IMG/VR virus record: IMGVR_UViG_3300033141_001977
Origin: an uncultured virus (IMG/VR IMGVR_UViG_3300033141_001977)
Lineage: Duplodnaviria > Heunggongvirae > Uroviricota > Caudoviricetes
Direction: 5' to 3' (one strand)
Length of the DNA stretch: 64,000 nucleotides
Position 1 is the first letter of the stretch. Every line of letters starts with the position of its first letter. A program made the position numbers and the translations under genes. The notes under the pieces were generated by a model that did no database searches, was not told the origin of the DNA, and saw only the letters and a program-made list of their open reading frames with translations. Of the stretch, positions 29,530 to 39,416 are shown one piece after another.

Positions 29530-30297
29530 ATGAGAATAATCCATCTGTCCGACCTACACCTGACTACTGACGAGAAACACCGGAATAACCAGAACGCATG
29601 GCGGCTGGCGGAGCATATCATCAGCAAGTATGCTACTGCTCCCGGTGAGACGGTCGTTGTGGCGACCGGCGACCTCACTGACAACGCTCTTGAAGATGAG
29701 CGGCGTGCTCTGATTGCGCTCTTGGCGTTGTTGCGGATGCACTTTATTGTTTTGTGCTGCCCCGGCAACCATGACTACGCCTGCCGCGGTATTGACTTCA
29801 CGCCGGAGTCCGTCCCGCTGTTCAGGAAGGTAGTCCGCATGGACGCTCCGCCTATCGTATGGCAATCAGAGCATGAGCCGATAACGTTCATCGGCCTCGA
29901 TAGCGCTGATCCGCAAGACAATGTGTGGGTTGCTCGTGGCATCATCGGCAAGCAACAGCTGGCCGGGCTGAATAGGCTGCTTGACCTTCATAAGAAACGA
30001 GGGCGGGTGGTTGTGGTCTATCTCCACCATCATCCGATTGTGCATAAGGTCGGGTGTGCGTTGAAAGACAACATCGCGCTTATGAACCGTATGAAGGGGC
30101 GCGTAGCTGCTTGCCTATTCGGGCATAATCACGAGTCGGGCGCTTACATCGACCAATTTGACGGGCTACCGCTGCTCTTGGCTAGTGGCATGTCCACTGA
30201 ACCTGATCAGAACAACAATCTCTCATATCGGGTCATCCTGACCCACGGCGGGCGGGTTGAACAGGGCGTTTATACCGAGACAATAAGGGGAACATAA
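29530..30297 (+). CDS. calcineurin-like metallophosphoesterase
   Basis: HLSDLH, TGDLTD, PGNHD, HHHP, FGHNH. Confidence 0.9.
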   Translation: MRIIHLSDLHLTTDEKHRNNQNAWRLAEHIISKYATAPGETVVVATGDLTDNALEDERRALIALLALLRMHFIVLCCPGNHDYACRGIDFTPESVPLFRKVVRMDAPPIVWQSEHEPITFIGLDSADPQDNVWVARGIIGKQQLAGLNRLLDLHKKRGRVVVVYLHHHPIVHKVGCALKDNIALMNRMKGRVAACLFGHNHESGAYIDQFDGLPLLLASGMSTEPDQNNNLSYRVILTHGGRVEQGVYTETIRGT

Positions 30298-33149
30298 TGG
30301 CAGAGCCAACAGTCATACCAGCACAGCGGACTTGGGTCGCACGCACGGGCACAAGCTACGAGGTGAGCGGTGAGACACATACCATAACCGTAACTGCACT
30401 TAGCTTTGAGCTCAACGTATCGCTCGACGAGACCAAGAAGAACCTCATCGTAGCTAGCTCCAGCGGCACTGGGGCGCTATCAAAGATATATTCTGGCAGC
30501 CCGTCGTCGGGGCAGATACTCATTAACCACAACAACAATACCTGCACCTGCCATGCTGACGATGTGGGCACAATCACGATCACCTATTGGGGCGATGGCT
30601 CACATGTTGGCGCACAGGCGCTAAACGACATGGTGGAGGCCACCGAGAAGGCGTATAAAGCAGCACGGCCCGGCCATATTTCCAAGACGGATGGTGAAGA
30701 CAACAAGTTTGATGTGGACGCTGGCAACTTCTATTCAGCGTCCACTGACATTAGCGGTATGAGCTATGCGGGTGATACGGACGTTGACCTCGACCTCATC
30801 TGCGATGCGCATGGCACAGCGGCAAGCAAGTGGGTAAAGATACTACTCGGCATTACCGAGAACACACCCGGAGTGGGGAAGCTATCGACGTCCGTTTCCG
30901 CTGATTGCGATACTGAGGGGGCTGCGGAGGTTGTTGCTGTCATAGCGATCGCCAACTGTGTGCCTATCGGCCATATCATCTACCGGAACGACCATGCGCT
31001 GATTGACGATGCAGACCATATCTGCAACTATGATGGCCGGGTATTCGGTAGCGATAGCGCCGGCAAGACGGTCATCGAGAATGTGACCGTTGACGAGGGT
31101 GATAACGTGCGCGGCCAGCAAGTCTATTTTGACAGCGATAATCATGTATCCAAAGCTGTCAATACATCTGAAGCAACGCTTGCCGATGGCATCATCTCGC
31201 TGGTTACGGGCACAACAACATGTCAAGTGCAAACAGGCGGCTCGTTCACATACGAGACTGGCGACATTGACCACAACGTGTTCATAAATGCCACCGCTAA
31301 GATGTATCTCACGGCCAATGCTGGTCATGCGTCAGAGGATCAAGACATCACAGCGGGGCGGTGGACACAGAACATGGGCAAGGTCTTCGATACCAACTAT
31401 GTTGACCTAAACTATCCCGGCTTCATCTCGTTGAACGATGGTGATGATCCGATTGAAGGTCAATATCGGCACGATGGGTCAGCAGCGCTCGGCGAATCGA
31501 TGCGGCCAAAAGTATCTACCGATGACGAGAAATGGGTAGAGCAGGCCGATTCAGATGATGGAGTCAACATTGATGCCATAGGTGTTGTAACGGCGGTGGA
31601 CGGTAACTATTGCACGGTCAAGGACCGGTTCTTATGGAAGACAGCTGACTTCGGCGGCACAAAGCCATGTTCTCTAAATGGCGGTGGCGCAGGCGACAAG
31701 TTCTTCATGCACACATCTGCCGGGCAGGGCACATTCACCGAAAATATCGCCCCCGATATATGGAATCAGGAGATGGGCTATCAAAAGAATGCGGGCGAGA
31801 CTTTGTTCGAGATATACATGAAGCCCGGCAGCCTTGGAGGCACAGAAGACCCATACGAATTTGAATGCTCATCTGTTGACAAGCACGACGCTGTCTATGC
31901 TCACCCGTTAACTGGCGTCCTGTATGAAGCAGAGAGTGATAACGATGATCATGTCAACGTGGTTGGCATAGTGAAGAGCATTAACGCGGCGGGCACACGA
32001 TGCAACATTTATAGACCGGGTGATGTAGTCCCTGATGGCAACAACTATGTGGGCAAGCTATATCTTAACCCCGATGCGGCAGCAACGCCAAATTATAGCG
32101 TGAACGAAGACAAGCAGCCTGGCAACTGGAGCATCTTGATAGGCCAGCCGAGAGGCGCTAACGAGACTGGGTTCCTCGTGGATATTCAGACAACGGGCAT
32201 CTATGGCAAGAATGGGCGAATTGGTGTTGGCAAGGAAGGGTGTGTCCGTGCGTGGAGCAATCCGGCGGGCATCGCGATGAGTAAGGCCGTTGATTTTGGG
32301 ACTGTTGATCCTACGATGGAACATTATTATGTGCAACTGACGAGCAGAACCAGTGCCAATCGTATCAGGGGTGTTGCAGAAGAAACGTCGGTGGTAGATT
32401 ATTGGAACACGCAGGGTCGTGGCGCAGATGACAATAGAGAGATTGTTCTCGTACGTGTTCAGGACATTCACTTCAACCCTGCCGTCACGTGGCCCGACAT
32501 TGGGACATATTTCAGCTCCACATTAGGTGGGTTTGTCGCTGCGGTAGCGCCGGGGTCGTGGCAGAAGCGGGTGTGTACCCGCGCCGAGAATGATCACACC
32601 ATTCTTGTATGTCCTGAGATGCAGGGATGGATCCCCGCCGATGGCCCCTGGGAACCTGTAGCTGAGAGGAGCTACATTGCCCCATGCGACCCTCCTGCCG
32701 AGCCACATGGGTATGACCCGATGCGGTCTTGGGATACATCGGACGCGGTCTCCAAGCTAACGAACAAGTTCACAAGTAAGCATATTATCATTCAGGCAAC
32801 GACAGCTATTGCAAGCAGTGTGCTATGCTTTGCTCAGTCAGTTGGGGTAGGGGCAACATCTTACACAGAGTTCGACCTGCGTAAGATACATGGCGCTGCT
32901 GACGAGTCTGTCCTCTCCACGACAGGGAAGCTTGTCGGCCTTGCTGACGCGCCACGAGGTAACACAACGGACGATGCGACTTATGGCACGGGTGCAGGGC
33001 ATATTGCCGCCGTGCTTGATGCGACCAAGTTCCCGCTCGTCAAGGGCGATGTGCTCTACTGGACAGCCGATCCTGATGGCGGGGATGCGCATGGAACAGA
33101 CCCCTATGGTGTCGGCATTTTACTCAATATGTATGGGATAAAGAGCTAA
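30297..33149 (+). CDS. tail fibre/receptor-binding-like protein
   Basis: 950 aa G/T/D-rich with several internally repeated ~125-aa modules (..A.SD.D....AIGVV.. / G.W.Q.MG). Confidence 0.6.
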   Translation: MAEPTVIPAQRTWVARTGTSYEVSGETHTITVTALSFELNVSLDETKKNLIVASSSGTGALSKIYSGSPSSGQILINHNNNTCTCHADDVGTITITYWGDGSHVGAQALNDMVEATEKAYKAARPGHISKTDGEDNKFDVDAGNFYSASTDISGMSYAGDTDVDLDLICDAHGTAASKWVKILLGITENTPGVGKLSTSVSADCDTEGAAEVVAVIAIANCVPIGHIIYRNDHALIDDADHICNYDGRVFGSDSAGKTVIENVTVDEGDNVRGQQVYFDSDNHVSKAVNTSEATLADGIISLVTGTTTCQVQTGGSFTYETGDIDHNVFINATAKMYLTANAGHASEDQDITAGRWTQNMGKVFDTNYVDLNYPGFISLNDGDDPIEGQYRHDGSAALGESMRPKVSTDDEKWVEQADSDDGVNIDAIGVVTAVDGNYCTVKDRFLWKTADFGGTKPCSLNGGGAGDKFFMHTSAGQGTFTENIAPDIWNQEMGYQKNAGETLFEIYMKPGSLGGTEDPYEFECSSVDKHDAVYAHPLTGVLYEAESDNDDHVNVVGIVKSINAAGTRCNIYRPGDVVPDGNNYVGKLYLNPDAAATPNYSVNEDKQPGNWSILIGQPRGANETGFLVDIQTTGIYGKNGRIGVGKEGCVRAWSNPAGIAMSKAVDFGTVDPTMEHYYVQLTSRTSANRIRGVAEETSVVDYWNTQGRGADDNREIVLVRVQDIHFNPAVTWPDIGTYFSSTLGGFVAAVAPGSWQKRVCTRAENDHTILVCPEMQGWIPADGPWEPVAERSYIAPCDPPAEPHGYDPMRSWDTSDAVSKLTNKFTSKHIIIQATTAIASSVLCFAQSVGVGATSYTEFDLRKIHGAADESVLSTTGKLVGLADAPRGNTTDDATYGTGAGHIAAVLDATKFPLVKGDVLYWTADPDGGDAHGTDPYGVGILLNMYGIKS

Positions 33150-33259
33150 TGCGATATGAACCACCGCTCATAATCACGATTGACAATGCCGTGTTGGCAG
33201 CTGCGATTGGGCCGAGCATCTCATGCACGGGCTTCGGCGGCGCTGTGAACTGCGACTGA
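33149..33259 (+). CDS. 36-aa leader/core-type peptide
   Basis: MRYEPPLIITIDNAVLAAAIGPSISCTGFGGAVNCD; TAATG-coupled to the fibre gene. Confidence 0.55.
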   Translation: MRYEPPLIITIDNAVLAAAIGPSISCTGFGGAVNCD

Positions 33260-33275
33260 ATATAGGAGATAAATC

Positions 33276-33335
33276 ATGCTGACAGCAGAGTTGATGATCC
33301 GAGATTATTCATGGGAGATGACAACTGGATGTTAG
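33276..33335 (+). CDS. 19-aa peptide
   Basis: AGGAG RBS then MLTAELMIRDYSWEMTTGC*. Confidence 0.3.
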   Translation: MLTAELMIRDYSWEMTTGC

Positions 33336-33366
33336 CCAAGACAGGTAAGCCGCCGGAGGTAAAGTA

Positions 33367-34149
33367 TTGATAGCCGTAGTCATCACCACATACGCTGAGG
33401 ATGCAGAGGTTACCAAGTGCATTGATGCCATCCTAAAACAGACCGTATTCAAGCAGCTCAAGATTGTTGTTATCAACAACAATTCCTGTTTCGACACCTT
33501 TCAGCATATTGCGCCATACGTGAAGCACGGCATCGACGCCATCGGGCTGCCACAAAACATCGGCAGGATACGAGCCCCAGACCTAGCGTTCCGGTATCTT
33601 GAATTGCAGGACAAGTATTCCCATTTTGTATCAATCGATGCAGATATGCTCGTGGAGCCTGACACGCTTGAAAAACTGCGAATACTTATGTCCGCCAACC
33701 CTGTAATCGGGCTCCTCAGTCCAATGTATATACGCGGCACCGATCACAACAACATCCTTGAAGATGCAATCTTCATTAAGGGCAAGGCCAAAGAAATACC
33801 GTCGCTAATACCCAACTTCATGCGAATGACACCGCGCGTAGTCGAGGCCTGTTTCATGGTATCCAGAGCCTGCTATAAAGCCTTCCAGATCAAGCATCAA
33901 GGCATCTTTATGACGACCGTTTCAACCCCATATTCGCTGGCCGGTGGTCAGGGCAACGACTTCATGCGACATCTGAAACCGATGGGTTTCCAATTCGGTT
34001 ATCATAAAGACGCCTTTGTGCAAGCCATAAAGAACAGCTGCGACACGGGGGGGCCAAACGGGTACCTCGCATGGAAGCGCAAACATCGAGCCAACCGGGG
34101 CGCGGTCACAGCGCCCGTCCCAATAGGTGAAGGTTTCTATGATGCTTGA
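33367..34149 (+). CDS. glycosyltransferase family 2
   Basis: VVITTY..CIDAILKQT..IVVINNNS, QNIG, DxD motif IDAD; GGAGGT RBS before TTG. Confidence 0.85.
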   Translation: MIAVVITTYAEDAEVTKCIDAILKQTVFKQLKIVVINNNSCFDTFQHIAPYVKHGIDAIGLPQNIGRIRAPDLAFRYLELQDKYSHFVSIDADMLVEPDTLEKLRILMSANPVIGLLSPMYIRGTDHNNILEDAIFIKGKAKEIPSLIPNFMRMTPRVVEACFMVSRACYKAFQIKHQGIFMTTVSTPYSLAGGQGNDFMRHLKPMGFQFGYHKDAFVQAIKNSCDTGGPNGYLAWKRKHRANRGAVTAPVPIGEGFYDA

Positions 34150-34301
34150 TCCATATCTCTCAGACTGCAACAACCGGCGACGGATATATGCCACTCGACC
34201 CAGGAACAACACTTCACATCGTAATGACCCGCAACGGCATATTCACCGAAGAGGGTTATGGGTTTGGAGTAGAAATCAACAAGTACGGCGTAAAAGCATA
34301 A
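34146..34301 (+). CDS. 51-aa ORF resembling the C-terminus of the tail fibre
   Basis: ..PLDPGTTLHIV..EGYGFGVEINKYGVKA* vs fibre ..PLVKGDVLYW..DPYGVGILLNMYGIKS*; TTG start overlaps the GT2 stop. Confidence 0.5.
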   Translation: MIHISQTATTGDGYMPLDPGTTLHIVMTRNGIFTEEGYGFGVEINKYGVKA

Positions 34302-34316
34302 ACGAAAGGGATTAAT

Positions 34317-34589
34317 ATGGCTACATGGGAACTCGAAGTAACGCCGATTGACGTTGAACGCAAAGAGGTAAGCGTTACCGCAACACGGACTGATGGCGCT
34401 GATGTGCGTGTCTTCAGGATCATAACCGCCCTGCTGGACAGCGAGAAGAACAAGCAGGCGATCAAAGACCACATCTGGGCACAATACGCCAAAGATGTTG
34501 CCAAGAAGGAAGACTGTGAAGGCTTCATCGGTGATTTTGCAGCAGCAGCGAAGGCCGAGCTAGAATCAAAAGAATCGAAGGAGGCGTAA
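34317..34589 (+). CDS. hypothetical protein
   Basis: 90-aa ORF with RBS. Confidence 0.6.
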   Translation: MATWELEVTPIDVERKEVSVTATRTDGADVRVFRIITALLDSEKNKQAIKDHIWAQYAKDVAKKEDCEGFIGDFAAAAKAELESKESKEA

Positions 34590-35000
34590 ATGTCAGACAT
34601 AAGCCAAAATTGGGACGCGTCTTTTAGCGTCATTGACGCAGCTATTACATTGACCGAAGGCGTAACTGAAAGCAACACATCCGCAGAACTCGACCTTGAC
34701 GGCAAGTCTGTCTCCATTGTTACAATCGATGCAGATTATTCCGACCACGCCAAAGCGACCGGTGGGCTCGTAATAAGGATCATCCGCGCCATCGACGCCA
34801 GCGACTATGAGTCTGACGACGGGGCAGCGATAATGTTTGAAATGCCATTCACACAAAATGGCACCGAGCGCAAATCCTTCCCGCTGAGCGCAAATCAGTT
34901 CAGCAAGTTCAAACTGAAAATGGACTGGTTGAACTCCACCAGCGGCTCGTCTGTCACCATTGCCACCGCCATCAAATACGCCGTCGGCCAAGTGGTGTAA
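34590..35000 (+). CDS. putative virion protein
   Basis: 136 aa, AGGAGG RBS. Confidence 0.6.
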   Translation: MSDISQNWDASFSVIDAAITLTEGVTESNTSAELDLDGKSVSIVTIDADYSDHAKATGGLVIRIIRAIDASDYESDDGAAIMFEMPFTQNGTERKSFPLSANQFSKFKLKMDWLNSTSGSSVTIATAIKYAVGQVV

Positions 35001-35005
35001 ATCCC

Positions 35006-35743
35006 ATGCTGAAACCAGTATTAGGGACACAACTCAACCATGGCCATCCGCTCGCTCAGGGGCTTGTCGGCTGCTGGTTGCTGAACGAAGGGTGCGGGGA
35101 TAAAGTTTATGACCAGAGTGGCAATAGCAACATAGGCACTCTAACCAATATGGCCGGCACATCCGCGTCAGGCTGGAGTCTGGGGGATAATGGTCTTGCG
35201 TTGGCATTTGATGGGAACGATGACTATGTGAACATTACCAACAATATCTTCAATGCTACCCCAGCGGGCACTATCATCGTGCGGTTCAACATCAACACCG
35301 GGGGGGTAGTCAATTACTTCTATTGTGGAGGTGAAACGAATCGTTTGAGGTTCTACTATGGCAGCGACGGCAAGATTTATGCGTATGCCGGTTCTTGGGT
35401 GCTCGGAACATCAACGATTTCTACTAACACATGGTACACAGCAATGCTTGTATGGGATGCGCTTGGAGCCAGGATACATCTTGACTACAGTTTGTATAGC
35501 ACAGGCGGAACACCCGGCGGCACTGCCGGTCACACTGACCGAGAACGGTTTGGTGCTGACGAGGCTGGTGCAAACGCTATGACGGGTAAGATTAGCCATG
35601 TATTGACATATCTCAGGGCACTCACGCCCAACGAGATATACAGCGTAGTAGCAGCCCCCTTCGCCATGTTCGACCAGCGGCGGATATGGGCGGTGGCCCC
35701 TTCTGGCCATGTCCCATACTTTTTACTAATTAGGAGAGCATAA
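35006..35743 (+). CDS. LamG/concanavalin A-like domain protein
   Basis: GLVGCWLLNEG..DQSGNSNIGTL, LAFDGNDDYV, YLRALTPNEI. Confidence 0.85.
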   Translation: MLKPVLGTQLNHGHPLAQGLVGCWLLNEGCGDKVYDQSGNSNIGTLTNMAGTSASGWSLGDNGLALAFDGNDDYVNITNNIFNATPAGTIIVRFNINTGGVVNYFYCGGETNRLRFYYGSDGKIYAYAGSWVLGTSTISTNTWYTAMLVWDALGARIHLDYSLYSTGGTPGGTAGHTDRERFGADEAGANAMTGKISHVLTYLRALTPNEIYSVVAAPFAMFDQRRIWAVAPSGHVPYFLLIRRA

Positions 35744-37065
35744 TGAATACAAATCCGATCCCGGCGGTTGCGAACGTCCGGACTGCCGACCTGGTGGCGA
35801 GGGCAGATGGCTCTCCTATTACGGCTGGCACAGTCAACTATTACGTCAGGGCCAAGACCGGTGCTAACGCCACAAAATGGTTTAAGACCTCCGATGGTTC
35901 GTGGGATGCGGCAGAACAGGTTGCTGGCAGCATGACTCACATGGCAGATGGCCATTGGCGGGTCAGTATAGATGCAGCTTGTTGGATAGATGGCGTGGAA
36001 TATGTCGAATACGCCAAAGAGGATGGGGACTTACATGTTCCTGTTAGTGCTGATTCTGTCTGCCATTATCGAGAGAGCATCGATTCGAGTGGTAATGTGG
36101 CAGCCGACGTGGTTGAGATTAGTGGTGACTCAGGCGCGGCGAACAACCTTGAGCTGGACTATGACGGCACGGGCTACGCGAAGGTCAACTCAACTATTGG
36201 GACTACTACCACTAATACCGACATGCGAGGCACGGACGGGGCGAATACAACTACCCCACCAACGGTAAACGAGGTACGAGATGGCATCCTTGACGACGCT
36301 ACACGCTTCAGCGGTGGTAACATCGATGTAGCTATATCGACTAGGGGCACATCTGCCAATCAGGTGACCATCTTGAATAGACTTGGCTCATGGACAGGCA
36401 CGGGCATCAACACGGTGCTCGGCGCGTTCACAGCCATCTTCAGCAAAGTAGCGAGCAAGCCGTCTGACATCACTGGCACGGGTGATCCCACCACAGATAG
36501 TCTTGAGGCCATACGAGATACTGCCCCAATGGGTAGCACTATGGTTGGAACGGATGGTGCTGCATTGGCAGCGAATTACACGGGAACAAGAGCTGGTTAT
36601 TTAGACAATATCTCAGCTGGTGCAGTCGCACTTAACTCAACCGTCGCCAAGAATGCAACAGTAGCTCTGGACGCCACGGTAGCCAAAGATGCCACGGTAG
36701 CCAAAGCAGCGGCGCTGGCCACGGTAGATGGTAACGTGGATGCCATCTTGGTTGACACTAACACCACAATCCCAAATCTTATCGCGGCATTAAACGACCC
36801 AACATCTGCGGCAGTCGCAACAGCAGTCCTCGAGAAGGTGCTTGCGACCCACAAGGGTGTATCAGGGTCGCTTGCAGAGGCTCTTTGGTTTGTGTTTAAC
36901 ATGAAGAAGGGCACGAAGGAAGAGGTTGTGGAGAGTGCGCCCAACTATCAACGGAAGTTCTATGACAACGATGGCAACCTGCTGGCAACAAAGAATCTGT
37001 TTGGTGTTGATGGGAATCCTGCCGACCCATCAACAACGGCAATAGCCAAGACGGAGACCGTGTAA
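35743..37065 (+). CDS. putative tail/virion protein
   Basis: 440 aa T/A/G-rich with (ATVAKD)n repeats. Confidence 0.6.
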   Translation: MNTNPIPAVANVRTADLVARADGSPITAGTVNYYVRAKTGANATKWFKTSDGSWDAAEQVAGSMTHMADGHWRVSIDAACWIDGVEYVEYAKEDGDLHVPVSADSVCHYRESIDSSGNVAADVVEISGDSGAANNLELDYDGTGYAKVNSTIGTTTTNTDMRGTDGANTTTPPTVNEVRDGILDDATRFSGGNIDVAISTRGTSANQVTILNRLGSWTGTGINTVLGAFTAIFSKVASKPSDITGTGDPTTDSLEAIRDTAPMGSTMVGTDGAALAANYTGTRAGYLDNISAGAVALNSTVAKNATVALDATVAKDATVAKAAALATVDGNVDAILVDTNTTIPNLIAALNDPTSAAVATAVLEKVLATHKGVSGSLAEALWFVFNMKKGTKEEVVESAPNYQRKFYDNDGNLLATKNLFGVDGNPADPSTTAIAKTETV

Positions 37066-37250
37066 TGGCAGCTACTGTTCAATTACTGTTGGAAGGTTTA
37101 AGCGGCAGTCCAGGCTACATGCTGCTTGATGGGCTATCCGCTGCTACCGTTGGTGCTGAGACGCCGGGCGACAGGACGTTGGACATCGAGTTCTATAACC
37201 GCACGATGGATATAGACGAGTCTGTGCGCACGATGGACATCGAGTCATAA
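37065..37250 (+). CDS. hypothetical protein
   Basis: TAATG coupling; three RT(L/M)DI repeats. Confidence 0.55.
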   Translation: MAATVQLLLEGLSGSPGYMLLDGLSAATVGAETPGDRTLDIEFYNRTMDIDESVRTMDIES

Positions 37251-37263
37251 AGAGGAGCAGGAC

Positions 37264-37542
37264 ATGAGTTTTGAGTCGTTCGCCAAAGCCCCGCACGCTA
37301 TGTTAGACTTTAAGTTTAACTGGGCATACGGGTATCTAGAGGATGGAGAAACCATCACCAGCTATAGCATAATTGCTGATGGCGGAATAACGGTCGACAG
37401 CTCCAGCAAGTCAGGCAACAAGGTAATAGTCTGGCTGTCTGGGGGGAGGGTAGGCCACAATTATAACGTAACCTGCCGGGCTATTACATCCTTTGGCCGG
37501 ACAGATGACAAGACTATGCAAATCAGGGTGAGACAAACGTAA
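37264..37542 (+). CDS. phage fibre-tail adaptor-like protein
   Basis: KAPHAMLDFKFNW..VWLSGG..YNVTCRAITSFGRTDD. Confidence 0.65.
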   Translation: MSFESFAKAPHAMLDFKFNWAYGYLEDGETITSYSIIADGGITVDSSSKSGNKVIVWLSGGRVGHNYNVTCRAITSFGRTDDKTMQIRVRQT

Positions 37543-37568
37543 AACCACAACACTTTATGGAGGAAGCA

Positions 37569-38093
37569 ATGAGAAGAACAATTACAGTCCTGCTGCTTGC
37601 GGCGGCCATCATGGTTGCCACGGGCTGCTCAATCAAATGGCTTGGTGACAAGCGCAACCTACAGCAGACTGGCGACTTGGTGCGAAGCACGGCCTCGACA
37701 TCGATGGTCTTGGCGCATCAGCAGTGGCCGGACGAAGGTGACTGGGAGACGCACGTCTGCTCGACAGCAACTGTGGTGCTCGCGGCGCTCGATGGCGACG
37801 CTACTGCTGTTGCAACGGTCAACCAGATGTTAGCCGAAGCTCAACCGGCGGCGCTGTTGGTGGGCGGCGAACAGATGACGATTGAGATGCGAAAATTACT
37901 GCTAGGGCTACTCGCACATATCGCTGTCCAATATGACCTTGAGGGGTGGGGCGCGGTCATTGCAAGCGCCATTGACTTCGCCGACACCTACTTGCAGGCA
38001 GAGGTCACGACGGATTACGAGGTCTGGTATCTCATACGACAGCTCTTTACGGGTATTGTCGAGGGCTGCGAACTTATCAACGGAGGTGAATAA
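37569..38093 (+). CDS. lipoprotein (lysis module)
   Basis: Signal MRRTITVLLLAAAIMVATG-C with lipobox. Confidence 0.7.
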   Translation: MRRTITVLLLAAAIMVATGCSIKWLGDKRNLQQTGDLVRSTASTSMVLAHQQWPDEGDWETHVCSTATVVLAALDGDATAVATVNQMLAEAQPAALLVGGEQMTIEMRKLLLGLLAHIAVQYDLEGWGAVIASAIDFADTYLQAEVTTDYEVWYLIRQLFTGIVEGCELINGGE

Positions 38094-38094
38094 C

Positions 38095-38406
38095 GTGGAC
38101 GCAGCATCAGTTCTCACGATAATGGCGGCGGGCATAAAGGTACTCAAGGTCTTGATCCCGCTTGCGATCAAAATCTATAACGCGGTCAAGGACAAGAATG
38201 AACCTGAGTTCACAAAAGAGAACGCGACGGACAAGCTCATTGAGATGGCTAAGGCCAACGGCAAGGTGATCGGGCATACCGAGGCGAAGATTGCGATTGA
38301 GGCTGTGCATTTGGCTACTGCAAAGGCCACGCGGGTGAAGGCGCTTGATACAACGCCGGTGGTGAAGGACAAGAAGGGTGCGGGATTAGGGAAGGTGAAG
38401 AAATGA
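38095..38406 (+). CDS. possible holin
   Basis: GGAGG RBS, GTG start, hydrophobic N-terminus, basic C-terminus, before the endolysin. Confidence 0.45.
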   Translation: MDAASVLTIMAAGIKVLKVLIPLAIKIYNAVKDKNEPEFTKENATDKLIEMAKANGKVIGHTEAKIAIEAVHLATAKATRVKALDTTPVVKDKKGAGLGKVKK

Positions 38407-38429
38407 AACCAGATATAGGAGTGCATGTC

Positions 38430-38558
38430 ATGGGAAAGGATACTCGCGGGAAGCGAGATGGCACTGGGCCACACAAGGATAGTTACCAAAAGCGGAGCGG
38501 CAAAAAGGGCAAGCGGCAAGAGCGCGGCGAGCCATGTCCAAACAAAGGGGGGAAATGA
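38430..38558 (+). CDS. small basic protein
   Basis: MGKDTRGKRDGTGPHKDSYQKRSGKKGKRQERGEPCPNKGGK; AGGAG upstream. Confidence 0.45.
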   Translation: MGKDTRGKRDGTGPHKDSYQKRSGKKGKRQERGEPCPNKGGK

Positions 38559-38565
38559 GTCCACT

Positions 38566-39024
38566 ATGCTAGACACCCGCATCCGCAAATGCCCGGAGAA
38601 CCATCACGTCATACTGGGCAACTTTGAGTTCCCGCGCGAGTTCGCGTGCAAGTGCGGTTGCGGGGCGTGCGATATTGACTGGCGGGTTTGGTACGTCTGC
38701 CAGCTGATACGGATACGGTTCAATGCGCCGGTTACCGTGCGCTCCGCTTGTCGTTGCGATGCGCTCAATCAGCACATCGGCGGCAGCCCGCGCAGCGACC
38801 ATCTCTACGGCTGGGCAGCGGACATCGTCGTGCAGGGCATCAAGCCGGACGACGTGGCCCGTTTTGCGGCGACGCTCGATGGGGTTAAACGAATCGGCGT
38901 CTATGAGCCCGGCGGCAAGAATGGCGCGTCGGGCTTCGTTCACACCGGCGTCAAGGACAGAGGACAGAATACGTGGCGGAGCTGGCGGTTTGACCCGCAG
39001 CGGAAACTAATCGAATGGAGCTAG
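38566..39024 (+). CDS. endolysin, peptidase M15A family
   Basis: NFEFPREFACKCGCG, SACRC..N..IGGSPRSDHLYGWAADI, FVHTG. Confidence 0.9.
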   Translation: MLDTRIRKCPENHHVILGNFEFPREFACKCGCGACDIDWRVWYVCQLIRIRFNAPVTVRSACRCDALNQHIGGSPRSDHLYGWAADIVVQGIKPDDVARFAATLDGVKRIGVYEPGGKNGASGFVHTGVKDRGQNTWRSWRFDPQRKLIEWS

Positions 39025-39416
39025 CTGAAGTGGCAAACGGAGACATGGAAAGCGCGAAACAGAACGGTATGCGCTTTGGTCGGCTGGAGCAAGGACTAGA
39101 GGATACTACCAAGCGACTTGACCGACGCTCAAAGGAATGCGGGGACAAGTTTGCCGACATATTCGGACGCTTGAATAATCTGCCGGATCAGATTGCAACG
39201 GCGGTCAAAGAGCAGATTGCAACGGCGGTCAAGCCAGAAATACTGCTCGCCGTCAGAGATGAAATAGACTCCGTGCTGAATGGACGGCAGACCAATCGCA
39301 CTCGGCTAAGCAGGTATGGTCGGCCCGCCGTTCTTTGGACTGCCGTCGCTGTGATTGTCAGCGCGGTCGCAGATTTCCTTGCGCCAGTTTTAGACAAGAT
39401 GTTGAGTAACCCATGA
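39015..39416 (+). CDS. membrane protein with coiled coil and C-terminal TM
   Basis: C-terminal hydrophobic helix; 24-nt tandem duplication (QIATAVKE/QIATAVKP). Confidence 0.55.
   Translation: MELAEVANGDMESAKQNGMRFGRLEQGLEDTTKRLDRRSKECGDKFADIFGRLNNLPDQIATAVKEQIATAVKPEILLAVRDEIDSVLNGRQTNRTRLSRYGRPAVLWTAVAVIVSAVADFLAPVLDKMLSNP

Noticed and set aside
36640..36720. Short tandem repeats GCCACGGTAGCCAAAG
   Set aside because: In-frame ATVAKD repeats of a structural protein.
30297..37065. Diversity-generating retroelement or invertase tail-fibre switch
   Set aside because: No reverse transcriptase, no TR/VR pair with adenine-specific mismatches and no recombinase seen.
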